From a bacterium (lineage in GTDB: Bacteria; Patescibacteriota; Minisyncoccia; Moranbacterales; GWC2-37-73): DNA of 64,000 bases. The stretch covers positions 15,129 to 79,128 of the forward strand of contig JBAXDL010000001.1 of the NCBI GenBank assembly GCA_037140955.1. The letters run 5' to 3'. The position numbers were made by a program, and so were the translations under genes. The notes under the pieces were generated by a model. The model made no database searches and was not told the origin of the DNA. It worked only from the letters and a program-made list of their open reading frames with translations. Shown here piece by piece: positions 38,793 to 48,103 of this stretch (position 1 is the first letter of the stretch; every line of letters starts with the position of its first letter).

Positions 38793-39377
38793 TTATTGCA
38801 AGATTTTTTCCAACAATTCTTCTTTTCCCTTTTTTGTCTTAGAAGAGAAATAAATAATATTTTTTGTATCCAGAAGTTCTCCAATTACTCGCTGCTTTTT
38901 GACCAACTCACTAGCCTTAACTTTGTCCATTTTGTTTGCAAGGATTATTACTTCATAGCCATTTTCACTGAGCAATTCCATCATTTCAATATCAAATTTT
39001 TTCGGACCAACATTTCCATCAACAATCAAAACAACTTTAGCTGGCTTGTGCTGGTTGTGTTCCAAATACCACATAATCATTTTGCGCATTTTTTCTGCTT
39101 GAGCAAGTGACGCCCTGGCATATCCATAACCTGGAAGATCAACAAAATATGTTTTTTCATTGATTAAGAAAAAATTGAGCTGCAAAGTTCGCCCCGGTGT
39201 CGAAGAAGAAATAGCAAGACCCTTTTTTCCAGTTAGCGCATTGATCACACTAGATTTTCCCACGTTTGAACGACCAACAAAAGCAATTTGCGGCAATCCA
39301 TCGCCAAGAATTTGGTCCGTTCCAACCACTCCCTTAACAAATTCAGCTGATTTTATAACATTTATCATAGACCTCAT
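38793..39377 (-). CDS. engB: ribosome biogenesis GTP-binding protein YsxC/EngB
   Basis: G1 GRSNVGKSSVINAL, G3 DLPGYG, G4 NKMD. Confidence 0.85.
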   Translation of the reverse strand: MRSMINVIKSAEFVKGVVGTDQILGDGLPQIAFVGRSNVGKSSVINALTGKKGLAISSSTPGRTLQLNFFLINEKTYFVDLPGYGYARASLAQAEKMRKMIMWYLEHNQHKPAKVVLIVDGNVGPKKFDIEMMELLSENGYEVIILANKMDKVKASELVKKQRVIGELLDTKNIIYFSSKTKKGKEELLEKILQ

Positions 39378-39425
39378 ACTAACCTATTAGCCAAAAAATA
39401 TCAAGCAAAAACAGTAATCTCACCC

Positions 39426-39462
39426 AAACAAAAAGAACCCCAATAAATCAGGGTTCTTTTGT
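39426..39462 (-). terminator. rho-independent terminator after RRM protein gene
   Basis: AGAACCC-caataaatca-GGGTTCT followed by T-run on minus strand. Confidence 0.5.
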
Positions 39463-39481
39463 TGACTCAACTTACTAGTAA

Positions 39482-39811
39482 CTAGTAGTTGTTTCGGCTT
39501 CCGTAACCACCACCATTGCGGCTGTTACCACCACCATTGAAATCACGTCGCGGTGGACGAGCTTCCATTGGTCGAGCTTCATTTACAGTCAAACTTCTTC
39601 CTTCATAATCCTTTTTGTCAAACATTTCGATTGCTGCTTGTGCTTCTTGGTCAGAAGACATTTCAACGAATCCAAAACCTTTGCTACGACCAGTCATTTT
39701 GTCCATGATGATTGTAGCTGAGGTAACTGTTCCTGCTTGAGCAAAAAGATCACGCAATGCATCTTCCGTAGTTGCATATGGAAGACCACCAACGTATAGT
39801 TTTGTTGCCAT
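39482..39811 (-). CDS. RNA-binding protein (RRM domain) with C-terminal RGG/Gly-rich tail
   Basis: RNP-2 KLYVGGL and RNP-1 KGFGFVEM; start placed at ATG 39811 (MATKLYVGG); track ORF extends to a GTG at 39898. Confidence 0.8.
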   Translation of the reverse strand: MATKLYVGGLPYATTEDALRDLFAQAGTVTSATIIMDKMTGRSKGFGFVEMSSDQEAQAAIEMFDKKDYEGRSLTVNEARPMEARPPRRDFNGGGNSRNGGGYGSRNNY

Positions 39812-39952
39812 AGTTTTTCGCTTTTGTAAACGTATTACGCTTGTAAGGCGACCTCCTCTCTTAATTTTACGCACCAAAGGCGAAAACCAGTAAGACACTT
39901 ACAATTAAGCTCAGTATACACAATTGTAGTCATACTGTCAATCAAAACACCA

Positions 39953-40429
39953 CTAAGCTGCTATCATTTTTTCCTCCTCTTCGCATGCCTTGTTTACAAT
40001 TTCTCGATGATTTTTTGTACTATATTCCAGCGCAAGCAAAAGCACCTCCAAGTCAGGAGCATCACCAGCAAAAACTTCAAAGAAATTCTTCTCCAATAAT
40101 GTTTCCTCAATCTTTCTAGAAGCTTTAAGCGCATCAATAAGAGCAATTCCAGTTTTTATTTTGTCCTCTTGGCTTTGAACATAATCATGAAACTCACTCA
40201 GCAAGCTAAGATTAAACCGTTCCCTATTAAAAGCAACACTACCTTCTTCAACTTTTTTCTTCAATGTTCCAATCCAAGCACCATGACTAATTTCTTCGCG
40301 TGCAAGCTCCTCCCAAAATTCCTTGCGCGAAGCAAAAGCATGTCCATACTTGGCATATAGTTCACTAAGCTTAACTTCATTTTTCGCCATTTGCTCAACT
40401 ATCAAAAGTTGATATTCCATTTCATCCAT
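39953..40429 (-). CDS. hypothetical protein, possibly ferritin-like four-helix bundle
   Basis: Two E..H-containing helices (ELAREEISHGAW; LLALEYSTKNHREI); weak assignment. Confidence 0.4.
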   Translation of the reverse strand: MDEMEYQLLIVEQMAKNEVKLSELYAKYGHAFASRKEFWEELAREEISHGAWIGTLKKKVEEGSVAFNRERFNLSLLSEFHDYVQSQEDKIKTGIALIDALKASRKIEETLLEKNFFEVFAGDAPDLEVLLLALEYSTKNHREIVNKACEEEEKMIAA

Positions 40430-40475
40430 ATTTATTATTTATAATTATTACAAAATAATTATAGCACCTTTGGCA

Positions 40476-40511
40476 TATAAAAAAAGAATTCGATTGAAAT
40501 AATCGAATTCT
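40476..40511 (-). terminator. rho-independent terminator after flavoprotein gene
   Basis: AGAATTCGATT-gaaata-AATCGAATTCT with T-run on minus strand. Confidence 0.5.
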
Positions 40512-40551
40512 TCACACTTCTAAACAATATTATATTTTTAGTATTTACTAT

Positions 40552-41877
40552 TTATTTTTTTGCAGCGCTCTCTCCCGCCAAATGTCCAGTTGACCAAGCA
40601 ATTTGCAAATTATATCCACCAGTTGGACCATCCACATCAATAACCTCACCAGCAAAGAAAAGATTTGAAACGATTCGGGATTGCATTGTTCGCGAATCAA
40701 TTTCCTTGGTGGAAACTCCACCACTAGTCACCATAGCTTTTTCATATCCAAACAAACCATCAACACTCATTTCAATATTTTTAAAAAGTTTTATTAGTAA
40801 TTGTCTTTCCTTTTTGCTTATTTTTGCAGCATGTTTTTCCAAATCCAAACCAGAATATCTCAAAAGAAAATCCAAAAGTTTTGGCGAAAAAACATCTACC
40901 AGACAATTTGCTAATTTTTTATCAGCATTACGATAAAAATCAGTTTGCACAATTTCATCCAATTGCTCAAAACTCAAATACGGCTTCAGATTAATAACAA
41001 GTTTTATATTATTGTCATCCCTAGTTTCTTCTTTGTCATTCCCGCGAAGGCGGGAATCCAGGTTTTCTTTGGCATTAATAAGTTTCCCAATTCCACGACT
41101 CATGTTGAGCGCCAGTGGCCCTGAAAGACCATAATGAGCAAACATCAAATCACCAGCATCAGAAAATTTCTTTTTGTCATTTTGAAAAACTGCAACAGAA
41201 ACGGAGCTAACACTAACACCCTGCAACTCACCAACCCAATCTTCTTTTGTTTTGATAGGCACGAGCACTGGCATAGGTTCAATAATCTTATGACCCAATT
41301 TTTCTGCCCAAATCCAACCATCACCCATTGATCCAGTTGCTGGATATGATTTTCCACCAGTTGCAATGATCACATTTTTAGGAAAAAGTTCTCTTTTCTT
41401 TAATTTAATTTTAACAATCTGATTTTCATCATTTAATGAAAAATCAACCACATGAGATTTATATAGAAAAGTGATATTATTTTCTTTCAAGGCTGAAATT
41501 AAAGCCCCAAGCACGTCTGATCCCTTGTCGCTAACAGGATATACCTTGCCGTTTTTTTCAACTTTTGTTGGCACCCAATGACTTTGGAAAAATTCTCGCA
41601 CATTGGCAGGACGAAAAGCGCCGAAAGCGGAAAGCAAAAACCTACCATTCTTGTATAGATTTGAAAGTTCCACGATATTATTCTCATCTTGAGTGATGTT
41701 GCAGCGACCATTTCCTGCCATCAAAAGCTTCTTGCCTGGCTCCTCCTTCTTGTCCACCAAGGCCACGCGAGCGCCTTTTTTGGCAGCAGCAAGAGCAGCC
41801 ATCATCCCAGAGGGACCAGCGCCAATCACGACAACATCAAATTCTTCTTCGATCAATTTTTTCATAAAGCTTATCAT
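40552..41877 (-). CDS. NAD(P)/FAD-dependent oxidoreductase, HI0933/YhiN (BaiN-like) family
   Basis: Rossmann GXGXXG motif VVVIGAGPSGMMAALAAAKKG and family-typical LLMAGNGRCNIT; carries an in-frame insertion (NLDSRLRGNDKEETRDD) encoded by a GC-rich palindromic repeat. Confidence 0.8.
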   Translation of the reverse strand: MISFMKKLIEEEFDVVVIGAGPSGMMAALAAAKKGARVALVDKKEEPGKKLLMAGNGRCNITQDENNIVELSNLYKNGRFLLSAFGAFRPANVREFFQSHWVPTKVEKNGKVYPVSDKGSDVLGALISALKENNITFLYKSHVVDFSLNDENQIVKIKLKKRELFPKNVIIATGGKSYPATGSMGDGWIWAEKLGHKIIEPMPVLVPIKTKEDWVGELQGVSVSSVSVAVFQNDKKKFSDAGDLMFAHYGLSGPLALNMSRGIGKLINAKENLDSRLRGNDKEETRDDNNIKLVINLKPYLSFEQLDEIVQTDFYRNADKKLANCLVDVFSPKLLDFLLRYSGLDLEKHAAKISKKERQLLIKLFKNIEMSVDGLFGYEKAMVTSGGVSTKEIDSRTMQSRIVSNLFFAGEVIDVDGPTGGYNLQIAWSTGHLAGESAAKK

Positions 41878-42048
41878 GACACGCTTTGGTTTATTTGTCC
41901 ACCCTTTTCCCTTTACTTACTTAAAATATTGTGTTATTCTATATTTTCACTAATAATTAGTTCATCAAGTCGAAAGTCAAAAGTCCATAAAGTGAGTGCG
42001 TTTTGCTTTACAGACCTTAAAGACTTGATAAACTTTTGACCAATTTCT

Positions 42049-43011
42049 ATGTTAATCGACGATATTAAAATTGAAGTTGCAGCAGGACACGGAGGCAAAG
42101 GCTGCGTGGCTTTCAACAAAAACTTGATGAGTCTTGGACCAGCTGGCGGAAGTGGCGGCAAAGGAGGAAGTGTCATTTTTGTTGGTGTTTCAGATCTTAA
42201 TGCCCTTGGTCAATTTCGCTTCAGAAAACAAGTTAATGCTCAAAATGGCCATGAAGGAAAAGGTCAATTTTGTGACGGGCCAGATGCAAAAGATGAAATG
42301 ATCAAAATTCCAGTTGGAACAGTTATTCACAACTTAACAACAGGTGCAGATGAAGAAATAACAAAAGTTGGACAAGAAATATTAATCGCCAAAGGAGGAC
42401 GAGGAGGACGAGGAAACTTCCAATTTCGCGGATCAAAAAACACCACCCCAAAAGAATTTGAACAAGGAAAACCTGGGCAAGAATTTGAACTACGATTGGA
42501 ACTAAAAATGATTGCAGACATTGGATTCGTGGGACTTCCTAATCTTGGAAAATCTTCTTTATTAAACGAACTTACCAATGCCAATGTGAAAGTTGCCAAT
42601 TATCAATTCACCACACTTGAACCAAATCTTGGAGTTTACTATAGTCTTATTTTGGCCGATATTCCTGGCCTTATTGAAGGTGCTTCAGATGGCAAAGGTC
42701 TTGGCATAAAATTTTTAAAACATGTTGAGCGCACAAAAATTATTTTTCATTTCCTGGCAGCTGACAGTGAAGATATTAATGCTGACTATAAAACTATTCG
42801 CAAAGAACTTGAATCATTCAATCCAGCCCTTCTTGAAAAACCTGAATATATTTTAGTTTCACGCAGCGACTTAGTCAGTGAGAAAGATTTAAAGAAAATA
42901 CTCACCAAGGCAAAAAGGATCAACAAAAATGCTATCCCTATTTCAATTCACAACTGGGATCAACTGCAAAAAGTCAAAGAACTGCTCAATGTAATGGACA
43001 AAGAGAAGTAA
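42049..43011 (+). CDS. obg: GTPase Obg/CgtA
   Basis: Obg fold N-domain MLIDDIKIEVAAGHGGKG...GGSGGKGGSV; G domain GFVGLPNLGKSSL, DIPGLIEGA. Confidence 0.9.
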   Translation: MLIDDIKIEVAAGHGGKGCVAFNKNLMSLGPAGGSGGKGGSVIFVGVSDLNALGQFRFRKQVNAQNGHEGKGQFCDGPDAKDEMIKIPVGTVIHNLTTGADEEITKVGQEILIAKGGRGGRGNFQFRGSKNTTPKEFEQGKPGQEFELRLELKMIADIGFVGLPNLGKSSLLNELTNANVKVANYQFTTLEPNLGVYYSLILADIPGLIEGASDGKGLGIKFLKHVERTKIIFHFLAADSEDINADYKTIRKELESFNPALLEKPEYILVSRSDLVSEKDLKKILTKAKRINKNAIPISIHNWDQLQKVKELLNVMDKEK

Positions 43012-43063
43012 ATTCTAGTAAGATAAAATAAGTTCTTACCATCAAACAAAAAAGGAGTTTGGC

Positions 43064-43531
43064 ATGAAAAGTAATTTTTATTACAGCACGCAGGAAGATC
43101 CATTTTTTATTGAAGTTAAAAGCTTATTAAAAAATCTGACCAATGATGTCAGAGAAAATAAGCCACTATCCGCAAAAAGAGCAGTTCGCCTAATGCATCT
43201 AATCACATTGGAAATACCTGTAACATCTTTCAAGGATCATGTTTACACAAAACAAGTCTTGGATGCCATCGAGTTATTTTTGCAAACTGAAAATCTAGAC
43301 GAAATAAAAAAAATTGCACGCAAAAGAAAAACTGATCGACTGGAAATGCGTAGAGCAATTGCTTGTGATGCTTTTGAATATTTCTCTTTCTTGCCAATGC
43401 AATTATTAGCTGATCCAGGCAATATCCACAGATATCAAGAAAATATCGATATGCTTCTTTGGCTACTACGCAAAACAAGACCAAACAAAAACTGCTTAAA
43501 AATATTAAGCAGTCACATTGCAAGGTTATAA
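43064..43531 (+). CDS. hypothetical protein
   Basis: 155-aa ORF with strong SD (AAAAGGAG 8 nt upstream); no recognised motif. Confidence 0.5.
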   Translation: MKSNFYYSTQEDPFFIEVKSLLKNLTNDVRENKPLSAKRAVRLMHLITLEIPVTSFKDHVYTKQVLDAIELFLQTENLDEIKKIARKRKTDRLEMRRAIACDAFEYFSFLPMQLLADPGNIHRYQENIDMLLWLLRKTRPNKNCLKILSSHIARL

Positions 43532-43537
43532 AAACAT

Positions 43538-43566
43538 AAAGCGTCTCAGAAAATCGAGGCGCTTTA
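43538..43566. terminator. bidirectional terminator between convergent genes
   Basis: AAAGCGTCTC-agaaaatc-GAGGCGCTTT. Confidence 0.5.
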
Positions 43567-43570
43567 TTCC

Positions 43571-43939
43571 TTATTCCTCATGATGTTTTGCATGATTGTT
43601 TTTACTAGGTTCAAATGTATGCAAAATAGTATTAACCAAAGAAAGGATTAAACTGAAAAAAAGTGCCGTCCAAAAACTTGGAACATAAAAACCATCCACG
43701 AATTTGCTCGTCAGCATGATCATACCAGCATTAATAACCAGAGTAAAAAGCCCCAAGGTTAAAATTGTTATTGGCAATGTCAAAACAATCAAAATTGGTT
43801 TTAAAATTGTATTAAAAATTCCTAGCACCACCGCCACTACCAAGGCCACAAAAAAACCCTTCAAAACAACTCCAGGCAAAAGATAGGCTGCAACCATAAT
43901 CGCCAATGCCCTCAAAAACCAATGTAGTAGTATTCTCAT
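43571..43939 (-). CDS. holin-like 4-TM membrane protein (DUF360/YvlD-type)
   Basis: 122 aa, four TM helices with AAYLLPGV...LGIFNTILKPIL pattern typical of DUF360 phage-holin-4 family. Confidence 0.5.
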   Translation of the reverse strand: MRILLHWFLRALAIMVAAYLLPGVVLKGFFVALVVAVVLGIFNTILKPILIVLTLPITILTLGLFTLVINAGMIMLTSKFVDGFYVPSFWTALFFSLILSLVNTILHTFEPSKNNHAKHHEE

Positions 43940-44014
43940 AATTTTATTTTAATATTAATTATTAATACCCTCATTATAACATATGTATTTAACAGTCGGT
44001 TACAAATTTTAAAT

Positions 44015-45007
44015 TTAAAATTTTAAATTTAAAATTTCATTGAGGTATTCTTCAATTATTTTTTCAACCTCGCCAACACTTTCCGTCTCCATCAATTTTG
44101 CCCGCAGTTCCTTAGCGCCATCAAAACCACCAACATAAGCCTTGAAATGTTTTTTCATCACATGAAATCCTTTTATATTCTTGCTCGAAAGTTCTTTTTC
44201 AAAAAGTTTAGCATGTTCAATCATGACAGTAAATCTCTCTGTAAATCCAATATTTTCAATAGAAATTTTCTTATTAAAAAACCAAGGATTTCCAAAAATA
44301 GCGCGACCAACCATGACTCCATCCATCCCAGATTCTTTGGCTTTTTGTTTTCCGTCGCATAGACTTTGTACATCTCCATTACCAACAACAATAACACCAG
44401 CATCTTTGGCCATTCTTGCTATTTTAGGAGCAAGCTCCCAGTGAGCAGCAACTTCTGACATTTCTTTTCGTGTGCGCAAATGAACTGTGAGCACAGCTGG
44501 TTTTTCTGCCAAAATTTCCGGCAGCCAAGTTTCGATTTCATTTTTGTTGTACCCAATGCGAGTCTTAACTGAAACAGGAATATCGCCTGCCCCTTCCTTG
44601 GCAGCCCGAATCAATTCTCGTGCAAGTTTTGGATTCTTCATGAGCGCACTTCCAGCTCCCTGCTTTTCCACGCTGCGATCAGGACATCCCATGTTTATTT
44701 CAATTCCATCAAATCCCAGCTCGCACAAAATTTCAGTTGCCTTTTTGATATTTTCAGGTTTTGATCCAAAAATTTGAGCCACAATCGGATGCTCATTTTT
44801 GCCATATCGCATATCCTTTAGCAGTGCCTGCCTACCTTTTTCACTGGCCAAGCCATCAGCACTAACAAATTCCGTGTAAATAACATCAGGCTTGCCATAC
44901 TTAACTAGCATCTGCCTCTGCGCAAAATCAGTCACATCAGCCATTGGAGCTAATGCAAAAAAGGGTTTTTTCAATTTTTCCCAAAAATTCTTTTTCATAT
45001 ACCTCAT
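44015..45007 (-). CDS. dus: tRNA-dihydrouridine synthase
   Basis: FALAPMADVTD, EINMGCP catalytic Cys motif, TIM-barrel length. Confidence 0.85.
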   Translation of the reverse strand: MRYMKKNFWEKLKKPFFALAPMADVTDFAQRQMLVKYGKPDVIYTEFVSADGLASEKGRQALLKDMRYGKNEHPIVAQIFGSKPENIKKATEILCELGFDGIEINMGCPDRSVEKQGAGSALMKNPKLARELIRAAKEGAGDIPVSVKTRIGYNKNEIETWLPEILAEKPAVLTVHLRTRKEMSEVAAHWELAPKIARMAKDAGVIVVGNGDVQSLCDGKQKAKESGMDGVMVGRAIFGNPWFFNKKISIENIGFTERFTVMIEHAKLFEKELSSKNIKGFHVMKKHFKAYVGGFDGAKELRAKLMETESVGEVEKIIEEYLNEILNLKF

Positions 45008-45035
45008 TATTGCCTCAATTTAGACTTTTTAGCAA

Positions 45036-45068
45036 GCAAAATCCCCGGCTCAGCGGGGAAATTTTGGA
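45036..45068 (-). terminator. GC hairpin terminator after CDS 45097-45471
   Basis: TCCCCG-gctcag-CGGGGA flanked by A/T runs. Confidence 0.45.
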
Positions 45069-45096
45069 TTTTGGATTTTGTATTTTGAATTTTGCC

Positions 45097-45471
45097 CTAT
45101 TCCCCCGTTGTCGTCCCACCATTAGCCTTCTTGAATCCAACTTTCCAGCTAGGCTCATAATCATTGTCAAACTCATCTTTCACAACAACCGTTTCGCCTT
45201 TCATCAAAGTTGAAAGTGCAATATCGTTCATCATTTCTTTTTCAGTATCAACTTCATGCTTCAAATCTTCCAATTTTTCATAGGCACGACCAAGTTGCAA
45301 TTGAATTCTTGCTTCAATTTGTTTCTTCTTCTCGCGAAGTTCTGTAATTTTTTCCACAATTTCCTCATATTCATCAGCTTGCACCAAGGCATCTTTATAC
45401 ATATCCCTCAAATCTTTTTGCTCCTTTTTCATTTCACGAATGTGATTGAAAACTTCTTGAATGTTTTGCAT
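45097..45471 (-). CDS. hypothetical coiled-coil protein
   Basis: 124 aa, charged heptad-like N-terminus, C-terminal GETVVVKDEFDNDYEPSWKVGF. Confidence 0.4.
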   Translation of the reverse strand: MQNIQEVFNHIREMKKEQKDLRDMYKDALVQADEYEEIVEKITELREKKKQIEARIQLQLGRAYEKLEDLKHEVDTEKEMMNDIALSTLMKGETVVVKDEFDNDYEPSWKVGFKKANGGTTTGE

Positions 45472-45549
45472 CTTGTTTTTTACATTTACTTATTACAACG
45501 TTTTTACATCATAGCACAACTTTAATTATTGAAAAAGTGTTAGCAAAAA

Positions 45550-45600
45550 AGCAAACAAAAAAGGTGCCGCGTAATATTCGCGCGCACCAATTTTTTTGTT
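45550..45600 (-). terminator. rho-independent terminator after CDS 45628-46275
   Basis: GGTGCCGCG-taatatt-CGCGCGCACC then T-rich run on minus strand. Confidence 0.45.
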
Positions 45601-45627
45601 TTTGTTTTTGTTTTTTGTTTCTATCTC

Positions 45628-46275
45628 TTAATTTAATAATTTATCATAATAAATACTCACGTCTTTTATCCATTTTTCCTCACTGGCATTTTTATCCCTA
45701 TTCTGACAAGCATATCCACATTTCCAAATAACCATTTCCTTTGGGGTATCAATATTTTCATTTTTTACTAATTCATCAATACGCTGCGCAATTGTATCAA
45801 CTGCTTGCTCGGGAGAATCAAAACAAGTATGACCTCCAGATCCCATTTTGTCAGCCTTCAAACGAAATCCCCAATAATTATAACAATCATTTCCATCAAG
45901 CACTGGTTTTCTTTTTCCCCAAGCACTTTCCTTTTTTGCGATAGCAACCAAGAACATAGCTGTCTTTGGATCTTGCTTCACTATATATGGAGTCATTTGT
46001 TCAATTGGATAACCTTCAACCATTTTTTCAATTTCAGTTGCAAGTGCTGTAGGCTTGTTTATTCTAATAGGTTGAGTTATCTCAGGAGCAACAATAACTT
46101 TTTCAAAAGCCTTAATCATTGTCATTACTGTGGTAACAAAAATAATAAAAAGCATTAAACCCAAAATTCTTCCATGTTGTGGGTTCACATTGCCAAGAGT
46201 CAAAAATTTAGCCTGTTTTCTTTTTGGCTTATTTTGAGTCTTTTTTACTATTTTTTTGTTTGTTTGTTTTTTCAT
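45628..46275 (-). CDS. membrane-anchored extracytoplasmic protein, ESxWG/CYNYWG family (paralog 3)
   Basis: KKESAWG...DCYNYWGF...GGHTCF...WKCGYAC; Lys-rich N-terminus then TM anchor. Confidence 0.5.
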   Translation of the reverse strand: MKKQTNKKIVKKTQNKPKRKQAKFLTLGNVNPQHGRILGLMLFIIFVTTVMTMIKAFEKVIVAPEITQPIRINKPTALATEIEKMVEGYPIEQMTPYIVKQDPKTAMFLVAIAKKESAWGKRKPVLDGNDCYNYWGFRLKADKMGSGGHTCFDSPEQAVDTIAQRIDELVKNENIDTPKEMVIWKCGYACQNRDKNASEEKWIKDVSIYYDKLLN

Positions 46276-46478
46276 ATTTTTTAATCTCCCTTGTTTTATT
46301 CAAGACCTTTTAAAATAATAATGGCTTAAACAAGGTAAATCTTTCAAAAAATAAAACAAAAACGGGCGTTCACCCGTTTTTGTTCTAACTATTCTGATAA
46401 CATAAGTATACACCCAAAACAGCAAAAAGTCAATGCCTTCAATATACCACTTCTCGAATACGCTATTTGACAAAATTT

Positions 46479-46494
46479 AGTTTACTGGTAAACT
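46479..46494 (+). promoter_or_regulatory. palindromic operator-like site AGTTTAC-tg-GTAAACT upstream of MarR gene
   Basis: Perfect 7-bp inverted repeat 32 nt upstream of the MarR start, adjacent to a TTGACA hexamer (46467-46472). Confidence 0.4.
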
Positions 46495-46525
46495 ACTTTA
46501 ACATTAATAATTTTTCAAAAAAGCA

Positions 46526-46993
46526 ATGATATTTAATGATCAATCGCCAATTGAACCCATAGTCTGCCTAGCACATAGACTTGAAGCTATTGGCAATAAA
46601 TATGTTTTCAAGCCAATGGGACTTTCTTCTACTAGTGTGCACATCTTAAAGCTGCTGCACATCAATAAGCAATTAACATCTAGCGACCTAATCAAGCTAA
46701 CAGGAGCCAACAAGTCAAATATTAGTCAGCGCTTGAGTTTTTTAGAAAAAGAGCACTACATCAAAAAAACAATTCCTGACAACATCACTGATAGACGCAA
46801 AATAACACTAGAACTTACAAGTAATGGTAAAGAAAAAATTCTTGACCTAGAAAAAAGAATGCAGCAAGCCAGAATTTCCTTTGAAAAAAAATTCAGCAAA
46901 GAAGAACTTGCTCATCACAAAGCTTTTTTCAAGAAAGTAGCAGCAATCCTCGACAATGGTGAAAGTGAATTAAATAAGATATTTAAATTTTAG
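46526..46993 (+). CDS. MarR family transcriptional regulator
   Basis: Winged-helix segment LTSSDLIKLTGANKSNISQRLSFLEKEHYIKK...DRRKITLELT. Confidence 0.75.
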   Translation: MIFNDQSPIEPIVCLAHRLEAIGNKYVFKPMGLSSTSVHILKLLHINKQLTSSDLIKLTGANKSNISQRLSFLEKEHYIKKTIPDNITDRRKITLELTSNGKEKILDLEKRMQQARISFEKKFSKEELAHHKAFFKKVAAILDNGESELNKIFKF

Positions 46994-47002
46994 CAAAAGC
47001 AT

Positions 47003-48103
47003 ATGAACAAGAAAAAAATCATAACTTCAATCACCCTGGTAGCAATAACATTTATCGTAGTAACAAAAATATCCAACAAAAAAGCAGCTGTGCAGCAGGT
47101 TGCCACAAAACAAACAATAAAAGTTTCCACCAAATCATTCGCTGACAGCAAAACGTTGTTGCAAAAAAATCAATATCCAGCCACTGTTGTTGGTGATCAG
47201 GAAATAAAAATAACAGCTAAAAGCGGTGGAAACATAACAACTGCGCCTGGAAACATTGGCGACAGAGTTAATATTGGAACACTGCTTGCAAAAATAGATG
47301 ATGTTAGCACCATTGATGCTGTGAGTTATGATCTAAAAAGTTTACAAGTTCAGCAATCTCAAATAGCAGTAGAGCAAGCAAAAAAATCATACAGCCTTGC
47401 AAAAGACAATTATGACAACATCAAAAAAACATCTTCATCCACAACAGCGCAAAAGGATGCAGCAAAATCTCAACGCGACATTGCAAAATTGCAATATGAA
47501 AATGCTACTTTGGGATTAAATGGCACTGTTGATAACCACTTGATAACCAGTCCTATCTCGGGAGTGATCACAAACAAGGCTGTTTCGCTTGGCGATTCAG
47601 TAAGTGTTGGACAACTAATTGCAACCATTAGCAAATCAACAAACGTTAAGGTTCAATTTTATGTTGATGAACAAAATTTGAAAACAATAACGCGAGGACA
47701 AAAAATAATAGCAACAGATTCAAATAAGCAAGAAACAATTTTGATTGTGCGAAACATTTCAGCTGTTGCAGATCAAGCAACCAAAAAATTTTTAATCGAA
47801 GCATATCCAGAAAAACTTCCCTCAACACTATTGTCCGGAACAATTGTTTCAGTTTCTAGCGAAACAAAAATGGAATCCAAGGATAGCAACAACATCCTGC
47901 TTCCATTATCAGCAATAAGTATTGGCCAAAATGAAAGCTACATTTTTACAGTCGAAAATAACATTGCCAAAAAAAATATAGTAACCGTTGTGAAAGTAAA
48001 TGGAGAAAATGCTGAAATTTCTTCGGACATTTCGCAGCAAGCGCAGATAATTATTGATGGAAATAAATTAATTAGCGATGGAGAAAAGATTGAAATTCAG
48101 TAA
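47003..48103 (+). CDS. efflux RND transporter periplasmic adaptor subunit (membrane fusion protein)
   Basis: N-terminal TM anchor, coiled-coil hairpin, beta-barrel/lipoyl-like segments. Confidence 0.7.
   Translation: MNKKKIITSITLVAITFIVVTKISNKKAAVQQVATKQTIKVSTKSFADSKTLLQKNQYPATVVGDQEIKITAKSGGNITTAPGNIGDRVNIGTLLAKIDDVSTIDAVSYDLKSLQVQQSQIAVEQAKKSYSLAKDNYDNIKKTSSSTTAQKDAAKSQRDIAKLQYENATLGLNGTVDNHLITSPISGVITNKAVSLGDSVSVGQLIATISKSTNVKVQFYVDEQNLKTITRGQKIIATDSNKQETILIVRNISAVADQATKKFLIEAYPEKLPSTLLSGTIVSVSSETKMESKDSNNILLPLSAISIGQNESYIFTVENNIAKKNIVTVVKVNGENAEISSDISQQAQIIIDGNKLISDGEKIEIQ

Noticed and set aside
38403-39110. 235-aa plus-strand ORF, Phe/Lys/Asn-rich
   Set aside because: Low-complexity translation of the AT-rich antisense of two well-supported minus-strand genes (hypothetical 37926-38645 and engB 38793-39377). 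No motif and no independent RBS.
42327-42599. 90-aa minus-strand ORF and 41934-42176 ORF
   Set aside because: Antisense or overlapping the obg N-terminal Gly-rich repeats (GGSGGKGG), giving Pro-rich shadow frames.
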